Made by a program: the position numbers and the translations under genes
Assembly (NCBI RefSeq): GCF_032444005.1
Contig: NC_091290.1
Coordinates: 132,680,001 to 132,744,000, forward strand
Source of the DNA: Ranitomeya imitator
Lineage: Eukaryota
Direction: 5' to 3'
DNA length: 64,000 bases
In this document: piece after piece, positions 1-13,818 of the stretch
Layout of the letters: each line of letters begins with the position of its first letter
Numbering within the stretch: the stretch's first letter is position 1
Notes under the pieces: generated by a model
Database searches by the model: none
The model's input: the letters and a program-made list of their open reading frames with translations, nothing else
Told to the model about the DNA's origin: nothing

Positions 1-1135
1 GTGCAGGGAAGCATCGCGCAGGGAGGGGGCTCCCTGCGGGCTTCCCTGAGACGATCGGTACACGGTGATGTACTCACCGTGTACCGAGGGTCTTCTCCCT
101 GCAGTCCCCGGATCCAAAATGGCCGCCGGGCTGCATCCGGGTCCTGCAGGGAGCACTTCCGGGTCAGGATCAGGCTGCAGCTCTAATCCTGCCCGGCTGT
201 ATGTCAGATCACCAATCTAACAGAGTGCTGTGCACACTGTCAGATCGGTGATCTGTGATGTCCCCCCCTGGGACAAAGTGAAAAAAAAAAAATTTCCACA
301 CGTGTAAACAAAAAAAAAAAAAAATTCCCATAAATACATTTCTTTACCTAAAAAAAAAACAAAAAAAACAATAAAAGTACACATATTTAGTATCGCCGCG
401 TCCGTAACGACCCGACCTATAAAACTGGCCCACTAGTTAACCCCTTCAGTGAACACCGTAAGAAAAAAAAAAAAAAAAGAGCCAAAAAACAACGCTTTAT
501 TATCATAACGCTGAACAAAAAGTGGAATAACACGCGATCAAAAAGACGGATATAAATAACCATGGTACCTCTGAAAACGTCATCTTGTCCCGCAAAAAAC
601 GAGCCGCCATATAGCATCATAACCAAAAAAATAAAAAAGTTATAGTCCTCAGAATAAAGCGATGCCAAAATAATTATTTTTTCTATAAAATAGCTTTTTT
701 CGTATAAAAGCGCCAAAACATAAAAAAATGATATAAATGAGGTATCGCTGTAATCGTACTGACCCGAAGAATAAAACTGCTTTATCAATTTTTTTAAACG
801 CGGAACGGTATAAACGCCTCCCCCAAAAGAAATTCATGAATAGCTGGTTTTTGGTCATTCTGCCTCACAAAAATCGGAATAAAAAGCGATCAAAAACTGT
901 CACGTGTCCGAAAATGTAACCGATAAAAACGTCAACTCGTCCCGCAAAAAACAAGACCTCACATGACTCTGTGGACCAAAATATGGAAAAATTATAGGTC
1001 TCAAAATGTGGAGACGCAAAAACTTTTTTGCTATAAAAAGCGTCTTTTAGTGTGTGACGGCTGCCAATCATAAAAATCCGATATAAAAAACGCTATAAAA
1101 GTAAATCAAACCCCCCTTCATCACCCCCTTAGTTA

Positions 1136-1491
1136 GGCTAGGTTCACATTGCGTTAATGGGTTAACGCTAACGGACAGCGTTGCACGGCGAAAATGTCAC
1201 AATTAACGCCGTGCAACGGGTCCGTTAGCACAACCATTGACAGCAATGTGATTTTCGGGTGTAGCGCATCGCTAGAGCGTGCCATTTTCGGTTCGCGCTA
1301 GCAAGGTGCCGTTCTTTTGTGGCGCGCCTCAGACGCTGCTTGCAGCGTCCGCGGCGCGCCCGAGGTCTGATCCCCGATCTTCCAGAGCGGGGACGTTAAC
1401 GCGACCACTAAACACGACACCTAAAAAGACATTGCGTTAGCGCAATCCGCTAGTGCTAAACGGATTTCCCTAACGCAATGTGAACCTAGCC
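1136..1491. mobile_element. TWA-target MITE (PIF/Harbinger-like), nested in the piggyBac-like element
   Basis: TIR GGCTAGGTTCACATTGCGTTA / TAACGCAATGTGAACCTAGCC with TTA on both sides; same family at 18769-19094. Confidence 0.85.
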
Positions 1492-1545
1492 TTAGGGAAA
1501 AATAATAAAATTTAAAAAAAAAAATGTATTTATTTCCATTTTCCC

Positions 1546-1690
1546 ATTAGGGTTAGGGCTAGGGTTAGGGTTTGGATTACATTTACGGTTGGGATTAGGG
1601 TTGGTATTAGAATTAGGGGTGTGTCAGGGTTAGGTGTGTGGTTAGGGTTACAGTTGGGATTAGGGTTAGGGGTGCGTTTGGATTAGGGTT
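1546..1690 (+). repeat. Degenerate (TTAGGG)-like tract inside a transposon
   Basis: Repeated TTAGGG, TTAGGGG, TTGGGA and CTAGGG variants. Confidence 0.7.
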
Positions 1691-1717
1691 TCATTTATAA
1701 TTGGGGGGTTTCCTCTG

Positions 1718-3100
1718 TTTAGGCACATCAGGGGCTCTCCAAACGCGACATGGCGTCCGATCTCAATTCCAGCCAATTCTGCATTGAAAAAGTAAAACAG
1801 TGCTCCTTCACTTCCGAGCTCTCCCGTGCGCCCAAACAGGGGTTTACCCCAACATATGGGGTATCATCGTACTCGAGACAAATTGGACAACAACTTTTTG
1901 GGTCCAAGTTCTCTTGTTATCCTTGGGAAAATAAAAATTTGGGGGGCTAAAAATCATTTTTGTGGGAAAAAAAAAGGATTTTTTATTTTCACGGCTCTGC
2001 GTTGTAAACTGTAGTGAAACACTTGGGGGTTCAAAGTTTTCACAACACATCTAGATAAGTTCCGTGGGAGGTCTAGTTTCCAATATGAGGTCACTTGTGG
2101 GTGGTTTCTACTGTTTGGGTACATCAGGGGCTCTGCAAATGCAACGTGACGCCTGCAGACCAATCCATCTAAGTCTGCATTCCAAATGGCGCTCCTTCCC
2201 TTCCAAGCTCTGCCATGCGCCCAAACAGTGGTTCCCCCCCACATATGGGGTATCAGCGTACTCAGGACAAATTGGACAACAACTTTTGGGGTCCAATTTA
2301 TTCTGTTACCCTTGTGAAAATACAAAACTGGGGGCTAAAAAATAATTTTTGCGGAAAAAAAAAATTATTTTAACGGCTCTGCGTTATAAACTGTAGTGAA
2401 ACACTTGGGGGTTCAAAGCTCTCAAAACACATCTAGATAAGTTCCTTAGGGGGTCTAGTTTCCAAAATGGTGTCACTTGTGGGGGGTTTTAATGTTTAGG
2501 CACATCAGGGGCTCTCCAAACCAACATGGCGTCCCATCTTAATTCCAGTCAATTTTGCATTGAAAAGTCAAATGGCGCTCCTTCCCTTCCGAGCTCTGCT
2601 ATGCTCCCAAAAAGTGGTTTACCCCCACATATGGGGTATCGTCGCACTCAGGACAAATTGCACAACAACTTTTGTGGTCTAATTTCTTCTCTTACCCTTG
2701 GGAAAATAAAAAATTGGGGGCGAAAAGATCATTTTTGTGAAAAAATAAGATTTTTTATTTTTACGGCTCTGCATTATAAACTTCTGTGAAGCACTTGTTG
2801 GGTCAAAGTGCTCACCACACATCTAGATAAGTTCCTTAAGGGGTCTACTTTTCAAAATGGTGTCACTTGTGAGGGGTTCCAATGTTTAGGCACATCAGGG
2901 GCTCTCCAAACACAACATGGTGTCCCATCTCAATTCCAGTCAATTTTGCATTGAAAAGTCAAATGGCGCTCCTTTCCTTCCGAGCTCTGCCATGCGCCCA
3001 AACAGTGGTTTACCCCCACATATGGGGTATGAGCGTACTCAGTACAGATTGTACAACAATGTTTGGCATCCATTTTATCCTGTTACCCTTGGTAAAATAA
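1718..3100 (+). repeat. ~390-bp internal tandem repeat, about 3.5 units
   Basis: Motif tttaggcacatcaggggctctc (or a close variant) recurs at ~1718, 2114, 2495 and 2885. Confidence 0.85.
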
Positions 3101-4084
3101 AACAAATTGGAGCTGAAATAAATTTTGTGTGAAAAAAAGTTAAATATTCATTTTTATTTAAACATTCCAAAAATTCCTGTGAAACCCCTGAAGGGTTAAT
3201 AAACTTCTTGAATGTGGTTTTGAGCACCTTGAGGGGTGCAGTTTTTAGAATGGTGTCACACTTGGGTATTTTTTATCATATAGACCCCTCAAAATGACTT
3301 CAAATGAGATGTGGTCCCTAAAAAAAAAATGGTGTTGTAAAAATGAGAAATTGCTGGTCAACTTTTAACCCTTATAACTCCCTAACAAAAAAAAATTTGG
3401 GTTCCAAAATTGTGCTGATGTAATGTAGACATGTGGGAAATGTTACGCATTAAGTATTTTGCGTGACATATCTCTGTGATTTAAGGGCATAAAAATTTAA
3501 AGTTGGGAAATTGTGAAATTTTCTAAATTTTCGCCAAATTTCCGTTTTTTTCACAAATAAACGCAAGTTATATCGAATAAATGTTACCACTAAAATGAAG
3601 TACAATATGTCACGAGAAAACAATGTCAGAATCGCCAAGATCCGTTGAAGCGTTCCAGAGTTATAACCTCATAAAGGGACATTGGTCAGAATTGTAAAAA
3701 TTGGCCCGGTCATTAACGTGCAAACCACCCTCGGGGCTTAAGGGGTTAAGCACATGCTCGCAGATCTCACTACTGAACGCTGAAGCACAAACAATGATTT
3801 TATCCAGACGCCAATGCCAGAATGTACTTTGTGGGCAGGGGCGGCGTGTGATTTGTTCAGCCCCCGAGGGATGGTATAAATATCCAAATAGTTCTTAGCA
3901 TAAAAAAAGGCTCCACACCCCTGCATTAGAGAGAAATAGGACCTCGGTTAACAGCTGCCGCTTTGTTGCACCACTCGTTTACTTCATTTGTTTGTAAACA
4001 GAAGGCATTTTGGTGATTGGATCATGTGCTTTTCTACTGTCATCCCAAGACCTCATTGGTTTCAAATCATGTTAAACACTGCAA

Positions 4085-4441
4085 TATATATATGTATAGG
4101 CAGCATCAATAGTAAAAACTTGGTCACACAGGATTAATAGCGGTGGTAAAAACGGAGTGAGTTACCCGCGGCATAACACGGTCCGTTACCGCTGTCATTA
4201 ACCCTGTGTGAGCGGTGACTGTGGGGAGTATGCAGTGGGTGCCGACTGCAGGGGAGTAGGGAGGGACTAATTGGACTGTGGCCGTCACTGATTGGTCACG
4301 GCAGCCATGACAGGCAGCTGGCGAGACCAATCAGCGACTTGGATTCCATGACAGACAGAGGCCGCAACCAATGAATATCCGTGACAGACAGAAGGACAGA
4401 CAGAAAGACGGAAGTGACCCTTAAACAATTATATAGTAGAT
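4085..4441 (-). mobile_element. Probable non-autonomous Helitron 5' fragment
   Basis: Minus strand begins A|TCTACTATATAATTG followed by (CTGT)n-like repeats, a typical Helitron 5' pattern; no CTAG 3' end with hairpin was seen. Confidence 0.4.
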
Positions 4442-5808
4442 AATAAAAAAAGGACAATAATCTTAAAACAAGTCACCGACTGGTACAGGAGGAGAGAGAC
4501 TGATGGTGCAGCGGTTTGGTGGAACGAGGCGTACTACAGGCTTGTCGGAAGAGGTAGGACTTCAGGTTCCTTTTGGCTTCCACAGCATCAGGACAGCATT
4601 AACTAGAGGAGATGGCAACACTCACAGGAAAATGGACCCCACATGGTAATAGGAGGGGGGCTCAAGGAAGGTTGGAGGCTCCTTAGCACAACAGGAGCCT
4701 GGGATGTTCCTAAACCCAAGACTGGATTGTTCAAGTACAGCCAACTATGGCAGCCTTTCGTTACCTCCCCAAGCAAAAAAACACTATAGGTCCTTGTATG
4801 TTATGAAGTGCCATTTATTGGCACGGCCGCCATAAAATACTGTTGCAGACAACATAAAAGCGGACCACGTTCACATGGCCAACAAAACATTAACCGTTTT
4901 AAACAGTGGCAATTTGAGTATGTGAGAAGGAGGGGGGAGAATTGAGACGTACATTTTGGAAATACTCAGCATGCAGTCACAGTAATGATTCATAGGGATG
5001 TATTAACACTAAATAGAAATGAACTAAGTTCTGAAGGTTTCCATTATACTGGAGTCATGTGATTCCTGAGAACAGATGAACAGTGGATAAACCAGCATGT
5101 TTACACCGACATAATCCATGGGAGGATAGACGGCACATTATCCTCATCACCTCCTGCACTGCATATAGTAGGGAACACCTACACAAAATTTGGGCCATTT
5201 ATAGTAAAAAAAAAAAAAAAAAAAATTAAAAAAATACATTTACAATTTGTTTGTATTTAAATTTTTATTATTTTATCCAAATGCCTTCAGTAAACAAAAA
5301 AGTGTTGAACTTCTTTCTACACACAATTTGTATGGCAAATTACACAGTAATGCAGATTTAAGCCATGTTCAGCTCATCCAGCATGTACAGAGGAAAAAGG
5401 AAAAACAAAAAAAAAGTAAAATCAATTTAAAAACTTGAAAAATCCTCGAATGTTCGTCTGAGCCGACCATCGCGTTGCATAGCAACAGACGAGGCTTTTC
5501 TAAACCGCAGCATATATAAACTGCTCTCATCCAATGTGACAGATGTAGAGAACGGGTAAAAACCTTCAGTGCATTTATGGGCTGCATATTCAGTGTAAAG
5601 AGCGCGTATACAGCAGGCAGGAGGATCATTTGCATTGAAAGAGAAACTCTCTTTCTAGCGCTTTATGGTTCAGGTCATGATGCCACATCCAACAGCTCTA
5701 TAAAAAGAAGCCGGAGTGGATAGAAGCAATATGGCTGCAATCTCTAAAGCCCTCTTTGCAAAAGACGCACAATGCTAGTTTTTTTGTTACAGCCCTCAAT
5801 GGCCTTAA

Positions 5809-6207
5809 CCCTTTCACGGCATCTGCTGTACATGCACCGTACATGTCGAAAGCGGGTGTATGGTGCGGGCCATCACCCCATACCCAGCAGGTCATGGCTA
5901 TGTAATAAAGCCAGGATCTGCTAACAGTTGTTGGTAGAGCGCTGCTTCCCCCACAATTGTTAACCTGACCAATACCACTGTCTATCTTTCACAGCGTTAC
6001 TTAACATTCGCGCGCATCATTTTCGTGCTTGCGTGTCAACGATGGGTTGCTGTGACTGCGAGCAATCAGCTTATGAGGGATGGGGGGGGGGGAATCAAAG
6101 ATTGAGAAAATTACTTTTTGGTAGCTACAATTCCACAAAACGAGATCAAAGTGTCACATTTATCCCAAAATGGTACTAATGAAAAGCGTCGTCTTGCACT
6201 GCAAGGG
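5809..6207. mobile_element. Small piggyBac-like non-autonomous element
   Basis: TTAA|CCCTTT ... AAGGG|TTAA termini; the TIR match is short. Confidence 0.45.
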
Positions 6208-6343
6208 TTAAGCCATCACACAGATCCATCAGGGGGAGGAATGCTACGGTCCTTGGAAAACTGTCAACCCCCCAATATTATAAAGGTTTTTTTGCAATTT
6301 CTTATTTTTTTTCCACTACAAGGATAAGAAGGGCTGGGGAAAG

Positions 6344-6712
6344 GAGTCCGTTTCCTCCGTAGTTCACGCGTGCGCAAAGCAATCTTGCCTTGCCCAACTG
6401 CGGGCAAAGCCGAATAGCATTAGTGCGCATGCGCAGCTGCACTATGTCCCGGAAGTATTTCGCTGTGTTCTGGGACATAGTGCGGCTGCACATGCGCAAT
6501 AATGCTTTTCGGCTTTGCCCGCAGTTGGGCAAAGCATACTGCGCATGCGCAAGGCAAGATTGCTTTGCGCACGCGTTTACTACGGAGGAAACAGACTCAT
6601 TCAAGATAATATTGCGGCCAGCGGGAAAGGAAGGGGTGAATGAAAAGAGAGAAAACACCGCAGATCGGACAGGACTGAGTCCGCCAAATTCAGGTGACAA
6701 GAGTCCCTTTAA
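6344..6712. mobile_element. Kolobok/T2-like palindromic MITE remnant
   Basis: ~250-bp imperfect palindrome 6344-6598; right end GAGTCCCT|TTAA; related to 25349-25605. Confidence 0.6.
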
Positions 6713-6977
6713 GGGAACATCAAAAGCCAAAGTATATTCTCAGTTCTCATCTATAGTAGAAAATACAGTGTGTGCAATGATTAAACACCTCCAGATCTCC
6801 TATGGACAGCATCTCAGAGAGGGGAATGGCTGACAGTGCTGTGAGAGGAGAGCTGCAGTTATGTCTCTGTTGACACTGTTCTGCTGTATTCTCCGTCCCC
6901 TCACACTGACTGCTGAGAGGAGATCTGGAAGTGTTAAACTCTAGTCTACCGTACTCTACACAGTAGCTGCAGAGTAA

Positions 6978-7701
6978 AGGTACCGTCACACATAGCGACG
7001 CTGCAGCGATACCGACAACGATCCGGATCGCTGCAGCGTCGCTATTTGGTCGCTGGAGAGCTGTCACACAGACCGCTCTCCAGCGACCAACGATCCCGAG
7101 GTCCCCGGTAACCAGGGTAAACATCGGGTAACTAAGCGCAGGGCCGCGCTTAGTAACCCGACGTTTACCCTGGTTACCATCCTAAAAATTAAAAAAACAA
7201 ACGCTACATACTTACCTTCCGCTGTCTGTCCTCGGCGCTCTGCATCTCTGGTCTGGCTGTGAGCGCCAGGCAGCCAGAAAGCAGAGCGGTGACGTCACCG
7301 CTCTGCTTTCCGGCTGACCGACGCTCACAGCCAGAGCAGGAGGAGAGCAGAGCACAGCGCTGGAGGACAGACAGCGGTAGGTAAGTATGTAGTGTTTGTT
7401 TTTTTACTTTTAGGATGGTAACCAGGGTAAACATCGGGTTACTAAGCGCGGCCCTGCGCTTAGTTACCCGATGTTTACCCTGGTTACCAGCGAAGACATC
7501 GCTGAATCGGTGTCACACACGCCGATTCAGCGATGTCTACGGGGAGTCCAGCGACGAAATAAAGTTCTGGACTTTCTTCCCCGACCAGCGATCTCCCAGC
7601 AGGGGCCTGATCGCTGCTGCCTGTCACACTGGACGATATCGCTAGCGAGGACGCTGCAACGTCACGGATCGCTAGCGATATCGTCTAGTGTGACAGTACC
7701 T
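6978..7701. mobile_element. TWA-target MITE, AGGTACCGTCACAC family
   Basis: TIR AGGTACCGTCACAC / GTGTGACAGTACCT; TAA on both sides; two internal ~72-bp hairpins. Confidence 0.85.
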
Positions 7702-7704
7702 TAA

Positions 7705-7899
7705 GGCTGCCGTCACACTAGCAGTATTTGGTCAGTATTTTACTTCAGTATTAGTAAGCCAAAACCAGGAGTGGAACAATCAGAGGAAAAGTATAATAGA
7801 AACATATGCACCACTTCTGCATTTATCACCCACTCCTGGTTTTGGCTTACAAATACCGATGTAAAATACTGACCAAATACTACTAGTGTGATGGCAGCC
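7705..7899. mobile_element. TWA-target MITE, GGCTGCCGTCACACTAG family
   Basis: 195-bp near-palindrome; left flank TAA shared with the previous MITE, right flank TTA. Confidence 0.8.
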
Positions 7900-9124
7900 T
7901 TAGGAGCAGAGGGGTTTTTTTTTTCTGCATGATGCCACCTGTTCTTGATTGGGAAACATCATGAAGAGGACAGTACACAATAAAAAATGTCATACGTACA
8001 CAATCAAAGAAAACTACAGCCATGCAAGAAAAAAACCTTCATACAGCTCTACTGACAAAATATAAAAGTTACGGATCTCAGAAAGTGACGACAAACAAGA
8101 ACAACCTTGGCAATACTACCTAGATTATAATTTGCCAAATTGGGAGTTTAAAAAAAAAAAAAAAAAAGTACCGTATTTCTGTTTGAGCAGCGACGGAGAA
8201 GCAAACTTTTGAAGAAAGGTAAAGGTTGGCACGCCAGGTGGATGGTGGCGCTCAGTGGCAGGGTAGGAATCCTGAGAATGTAGGAAAGACCACAGCACTG
8301 TGTTTCAATGAAGCAAGTTACATTTACTGATGTGTCACAGCATGTCATGTTCTGGGGTACTACATGTTAAAGTATGCCAGGACCTTGGCTCGTTAATGCA
8401 GTGGATGTTTGGTGGGGAGGCAGACAGAAAATTTTACTGTAGTCATTAAATTAGTACAAAACCAGACATGTTAAAAAAAACAAAACACTTCGAGCTAATC
8501 TATTTTTAATTAATCAGCAAAGAAAAATTACCATGGTACTAAACAGAATGCATTTTAAAAAAGAAAAAAGGTACCAAAAGAACATTTGAAGATACATTAG
8601 TTAAAATGCTCATGATGTTCGCAAAGCCTTGACACTACTCGGATTAATGAAATCTAAGTGTTTACCAAATGCACCAATCTCTCTGGCAGCGAACACTTAA
8701 GACTGAACAGAAATGACTTTCTTTGCACCGGCGCTGAGGTACTAAGACACACTAGAAGAAGCAATAAGTAAATGTCTTCCATGTAGCAGCTTGTTAATTG
8801 CTTGCACGCAACAAGCCAAGCAAGAGCGGGAAAGCAGGGCCTCGGCCTCAAAACAAAGAAATAAGCAGACTTAAGCTACTATATGGAAAAAGTCACGTGA
8901 AAGAAGACACCCGCTCCGAGGCATAAAGCAAATGGTGCGGGGGAGAGCACACAATGTAACACTCACAAAATGAGTCCATTAAGATGCTTGAGCCCAGACA
9001 TGCAACCAGAAAGTCTCATGACAAAATGCAAAGAGACATCAAGGATCCTACTGAATTACAGTCAAGCGAGAGAGCTCACCAACAACAAAAAGTTCTATAA
9101 AGCACAATACCTAGCGATAAGGAA

Positions 9125-9293
9125 TAGTGATGAGAGAACATGCTCAGGATAAGGTGTTAATCGGAGTATGCTTGTGTGCGAATGTGTTAGGCAACAGCCA
9201 CTTGAGCATATTTTTCGAGCACGCCGAAGACATTATTAGCACACAAAGCATACTCAGATTAACACCTTTTCTGAGCATGTTTGCTGATCACTA
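9125..9293. mobile_element. hAT-like MITE (TAGTGATGAG termini)
   Basis: TAGTGATGAGAGAACATGCTC / GAGCATGTTTGCTGATCACTA; degenerate 8-bp flanks ATAAGGAA / ATTAGGGA. Confidence 0.6.
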
Positions 9294-9958
9294 ATTAGGG
9301 ACAAAAACCCTGATGAACAAAACAGATCATGCCACTAGCCGATGTCAATCGCTCAATGTTGCTAATTACATCAAATCCATCTGCAGACAGACATAAGATC
9401 ATATTGCGAAAAATTAACTACATGAAGCAATGACAATAGGTGACCAGGTAGGTACAACATCTTTGAACTTCTTGTTTTGCATGTTAACGGTCAATTGGTG
9501 ACATTTTATATTTCCATTAAAATATTGTTGCCCAAAAAAAAAAAAAAAAGGTATAAAGAAAAAACATTAAACACCTGAAAACAATCCTGTACTGAAAACA
9601 TACTAGTAATACAACGCAACCCAGAGCATCATAGTAAAGCAGATCACCAGCGGCATCCAAAACCTTGCGATCAAACAGTGCTTTCAACCAAATGAGCAGT
9701 AAAGCACACACGCTAGTAAACTGTATATAAAAGGCAATATAAAAAAAGGCATGTAGTGCAGTAACCCTTCATATCTAAAAGTCTGCAAAGCAGATAATTA
9801 AAGGGTAAAAGGAAACAAAAGTCATAAAATGCACTACTGTCTGTCAACAATACTTCATTTTATATTATCAAGTCACATATTGAAGCTTTACAGCCAGAGC
9901 GTACAGCGGGTGGCATCAGAAAGGATGTTAAAAAAAAAAATTGCAATAGGATATTTAC

Positions 9959-10035
9959 CGACTCCATAGTGGAAAGCCGCGATGAGCTAGTCGCATATAA
10001 AAATCCAGTGTTTAGCCCAAGCTTGGGGGAAGATT
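9959..10035 (-). other. ANKRD11: Candidate 77-bp 5'-leader exon 2 of the minus-strand gene (probably ANKRD11)
   Basis: Minus strand: branch point CTAAC, then polypyrimidine tract GTTTTTCTTATTTCAG|, exon, and |GTAAAT donor. Unique, non-repetitive sequence. Gene identity is by synteny only (human ANKRD11 has short non-coding leader exons). Confidence 0.5.
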
Positions 10036-12681
10036 CTGAAATAAGAAAAACATGGGATTTGTTAGATGTACACTGGTAAGACAAAGCGGCATTTGCATCT
10101 CAAATGTCAAACTACAGTGCTACGGCGGCACAACACCTTGGTTCCAGCCTCAATTCGGGTCCCCGCGATATAAGCGGCTTAGCGCTGCAGTTAGGAAAGT
10201 GGCCCAATACACTAGTGCATGGTGGGACCTATAAAATGCTGTAATATTGCAATATAAAGTAGGCAATTTTATACCGCACTCTTCACACCTCAATTATAGG
10301 CTTCTTTACACATTTTCCCACGTGCTCAGACACAAGTACCACAGCTCATATTAAAAGCAACAGTAAGAAGCCAAGAAACATGCCAAAACCAGCGCCTTGA
10401 TGCCACAGCAACGCGGCAGAGACATTTAGCCTAAAAGCAATAATAGCGCCTCTTGTGGAAAAACACTCCATATTATAGCAGTCAATGGTGTATGTTGCTT
10501 ATGGAAGCAGAGGCAAGGCCGGTCAATTAATTTTTGGTACATCAAAACTTTACAGATGAGCACTAAGGCCTCATTCACATGTCCAGGTTTAAACACATAC
10601 ATTATATATAAAAAAAAATAAATAAAAAAACACGGACATGTCTATTCGTTTTGCATGGACAGGAGGTCTGTGAAAAACATGGACATATGAACAACACCAT
10701 AGATTGGAATGGGTACATGTGGTATCCATGAAAAGAACAGATACAACACATGTCTTAATATGCTAAGGAAGGATGGGGAGGAGGTTCCCATTAGCCATTT
10801 AGCTCATGGATGAGACCACAACTGATGTTATGTACCCTACATAGAATATAAATGAATGGCCACTCCATTATACATATACAGTTAAATAATCATTGTATTT
10901 TTACGCTTTTAACAGACTTTCACCTCCCAGTTAATTTCACAAGGTTTGTGACATTAGCTAAAAAACAAATTCAGACAGGTTATCCGTCTATCATATGAAA
11001 TATCATGTCTTATCAGATCTTTGGGTGTAAAAAAAAATAAAAAAAAAAAAATAGCTAAATTATGATACAAGAATATACAGAAGCTGAGGAATTATTTCAC
11101 ATCAAGCTTAGAGATTGTACATGTGCATAAACATTAGACCCCTGCTTCATCCCAATTATGGACACTTTTATAGACAGCCCCATAGACTAGCCAGGTTTTC
11201 TGACTAGACTGCCAGAATCAGGCTCCTGGAAGGGGGGGGGGGAGAGAAACGTAATTTAACCAGTTTATTTTTTGCCACAAAAAAAAACAAAAAAAACAAC
11301 CACATATATATTTTTGTGACACATCACACACTGGTAAAATTACTATCTTTCCTCATCTCTCCCCTCCCCAGTTGTTAAACCATAGACAGCTTGGGCCTTA
11401 GTACATCACATGTGATGAAACATGCAGAACACGACCGTGGGAGAGAAGCATTAACATTGTACGATACAAACCTTTCATGCACAAACACGAAAACATAACC
11501 ACATGTGCTCCAAGCACGTCACAGCCAAATTACTAGGAGTACAGCAATAGAATAACAGGCTTATAGGCACATGGCAATGCCGTGCGCTCAGACCCTGCGC
11601 TCAGACCCTGCACGGCTGTGCTCAGCACCCAGATGCCCATTATGCTGTTTTGTGGTTGACTTATTCATCCCTAGGTAAGGACAGCTCTGAGATACAAGAG
11701 GCCACAATTATTTCTTCTCATATTCATTAGAAGACTGGAGGAACACGGTGCTACAGTATGGCGGCTGTATCATCAGTCCCTACCATACAGTCCTTAGCCA
11801 GCAAACCACCTTGTTAATGAAATCCTACACTGCTGTGGCTGCGGCATTAACAGGTCTGTAGCAAAGGATATGCGATGCATCGTTAGCAGTCACCGACACT
11901 GAACATCAGTTGCTATAGCAGCAGTCATGCAAGATATACATGTAAAAATATCTAGTATCTGTACAAAATAAATAAGTGGGTGGCAGCAGAACATGTTCAA
12001 GGACGTGGCTTGTGAAGACAACGTTCACAGCACTTCTCTGCTTCAAGTCACAAGTACAGGAGGATTTACTAACAATTCCCCAGGGAACAATAGTTTCACA
12101 GCAGAGCCCACTGCAATATTGTTACTGGCCTTGACGCGCCGGCGCAGTCTGGACCCCACAGAGTGACGCTCCCAGGAGATAGCGGTATGCGTAAACACTG
12201 AACGCACACCGCAATCTCCAACGGATAGGCAGGGACGCGCCAGGAGGGTAAGTATAAGCTATATTCACCTGTCCCCCGTTCCAGCGCTGCGTGCGGCTCC
12301 ATGTTCCGGGTCCTCTGCCTGTGACGTTCACAGTTCAGAGGGCGTGATGACGTGCTTAATGCGCGCCGCCCTCTGACTGAACAGTCACAGCCCGAGGACC
12401 CGGAACGGCATGCAGCGCTGGATCAGGGAAAGGTCAATATAGCAAGTGTCAGGGGCCTGAGCTAGCGGCAACTCTGGCACCTGACCCCCACAGCCCGCCG
12501 GTGTACCCAACTGGTCAGGCCCCCCAGCACTCGGCACCCAGTGACGATAGGAGAGTATGGTATTTATTTTTTTAAATATCGCAGCAGCATAAAGGAAAAT
12601 CTATCACAAGGATTTTGCTATGTAATCCAAGAAAGTATTTGAATGCCAAAACCAGGAGTGGAATTTACAGAGAAACTATAA

Positions 12682-13485
12682 GGGTATGTTCACACGTTCC
12701 TGATTTCCCTCCTTTTTTTCAGGACTAAAAACCGCAGCTCTTGGCAGAAAACGCAGGTCCTTTTTTTGATGCGTTTTTTTTTTATGCAGTTTTCTAGGAA
12801 GTTTTTTAGGGTTAAAATGGCTGAAAATACCCTAACCCTACCCCTAACCCTATTCTAACCTTAGTGGGGAAAAAAAAAAAAAAATCTTAATTTTTTTATT
12901 GTCTTTACCTATGGGGGTGACAAAGGGGGGGGGGATCATTTACTATTTTTTTTATTTTAATCACTGAGATATAACCTCTCTCAGTGATCAAAATGCACTT
13001 TGGAACGAATCTGCCGGCCGGCAGATTCGGCGGGCGCACTGCGCATGCGCCCGCCATTTTGCAAGATGGCGGCGCCCAGGGAGAAGACGGCCGGATGGAC
13101 ACCGGGAGGCCGGGTAAGTATAAGGGGGGGAGATTAGGGCACGGGAGAGGCGTCGGAGCACAGGGGGCAGCCACACTGCACCACAAACCGCAGTAAAATC
13201 CGCAGATATATTTTTCATCTGCGGGTTTTACTGCGGGTTTGACCTCACAATGGAGGTCTATGGGTGCAGAACCGCTGCAGTTCCGCAAAAAGAAGTGACA
13301 TGGTACTTCTTTTTAACCGCGGCAATTCAGTGCGGCTTTTTTCGCGATTTTCCGCAATGTGGGCACAGCAGTTCCTGTTTTCCATAGGGTACATTGTAAT
13401 GTACCCTGCATGGAAAACAGCTGCTGACCCGCAGCGGGAAAATCGCGGCGATTCCGCATGAAAAAAGGATGGTGTGAACATGGCC
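12682..13485. mobile_element. TWA-target composite MITE (GGGTATGTTCACAC), nested in a ccaaaaccaggagtg-family MITE
   Basis: GGGTATGTTCACAC / GTGTGAACATGGCC termini, TAA on both sides; host arms GCCAAAACCAGGAGTG (~12644) and CACTCCTGGTTTTGGC (~13524) flank it. Confidence 0.8.
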
Positions 13486-13671
13486 TAAGTGAAGGATTGA
13501 CACTTGTCCTGTGTTTTGGAGACACTCCTGGTTTTGGCATACGAATAATGTAAAAAAAGAAATATTGACGTGTGACTGAGGCCTAAATGAAAGTCGCTAA
13601 ACCTATGAGATTTCAGCACATCGAAGTAACCATCATGAGGACCTCATAAGTAAAACTTGGCCGTGGTGCTG

Positions 13672-13818
13672 NNNNNNNNNNNNNNNNNNNNNNNNNNNNN
13701 NNNNNNNNNNNNNNNNNNNNNNNNNNNNNNNNNNNNNNNNNNNNNNNNNNNNNNNNNNNNNNNNNNNNNNNNNNNNNNNNNNNNNNNNNNNNNNNNNNNN
13801 NNNNNNNNNNNNNNNNNN
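13672..13818. other. Assembly gap (147 N)
   Basis: Run of N. Confidence 1.

Larger units (their letters stand above)
1..3749. mobile_element. Large non-autonomous piggyBac-like element, right part (left end lies outside the window)
   Basis: Ends in ...AAGGGG (3745) followed by TTAA (3746-3749). No transposase ORF. Internal ~390-bp tandem units. A homologous truncated copy lies at 42740-44680. Confidence 0.65.

Noticed and set aside
1546-1690. True telomere or chromosome-fusion scar
   Set aside because: Short, degenerate and embedded in a transposon, with no head-to-head TTAGGG/CCCTAA junction.
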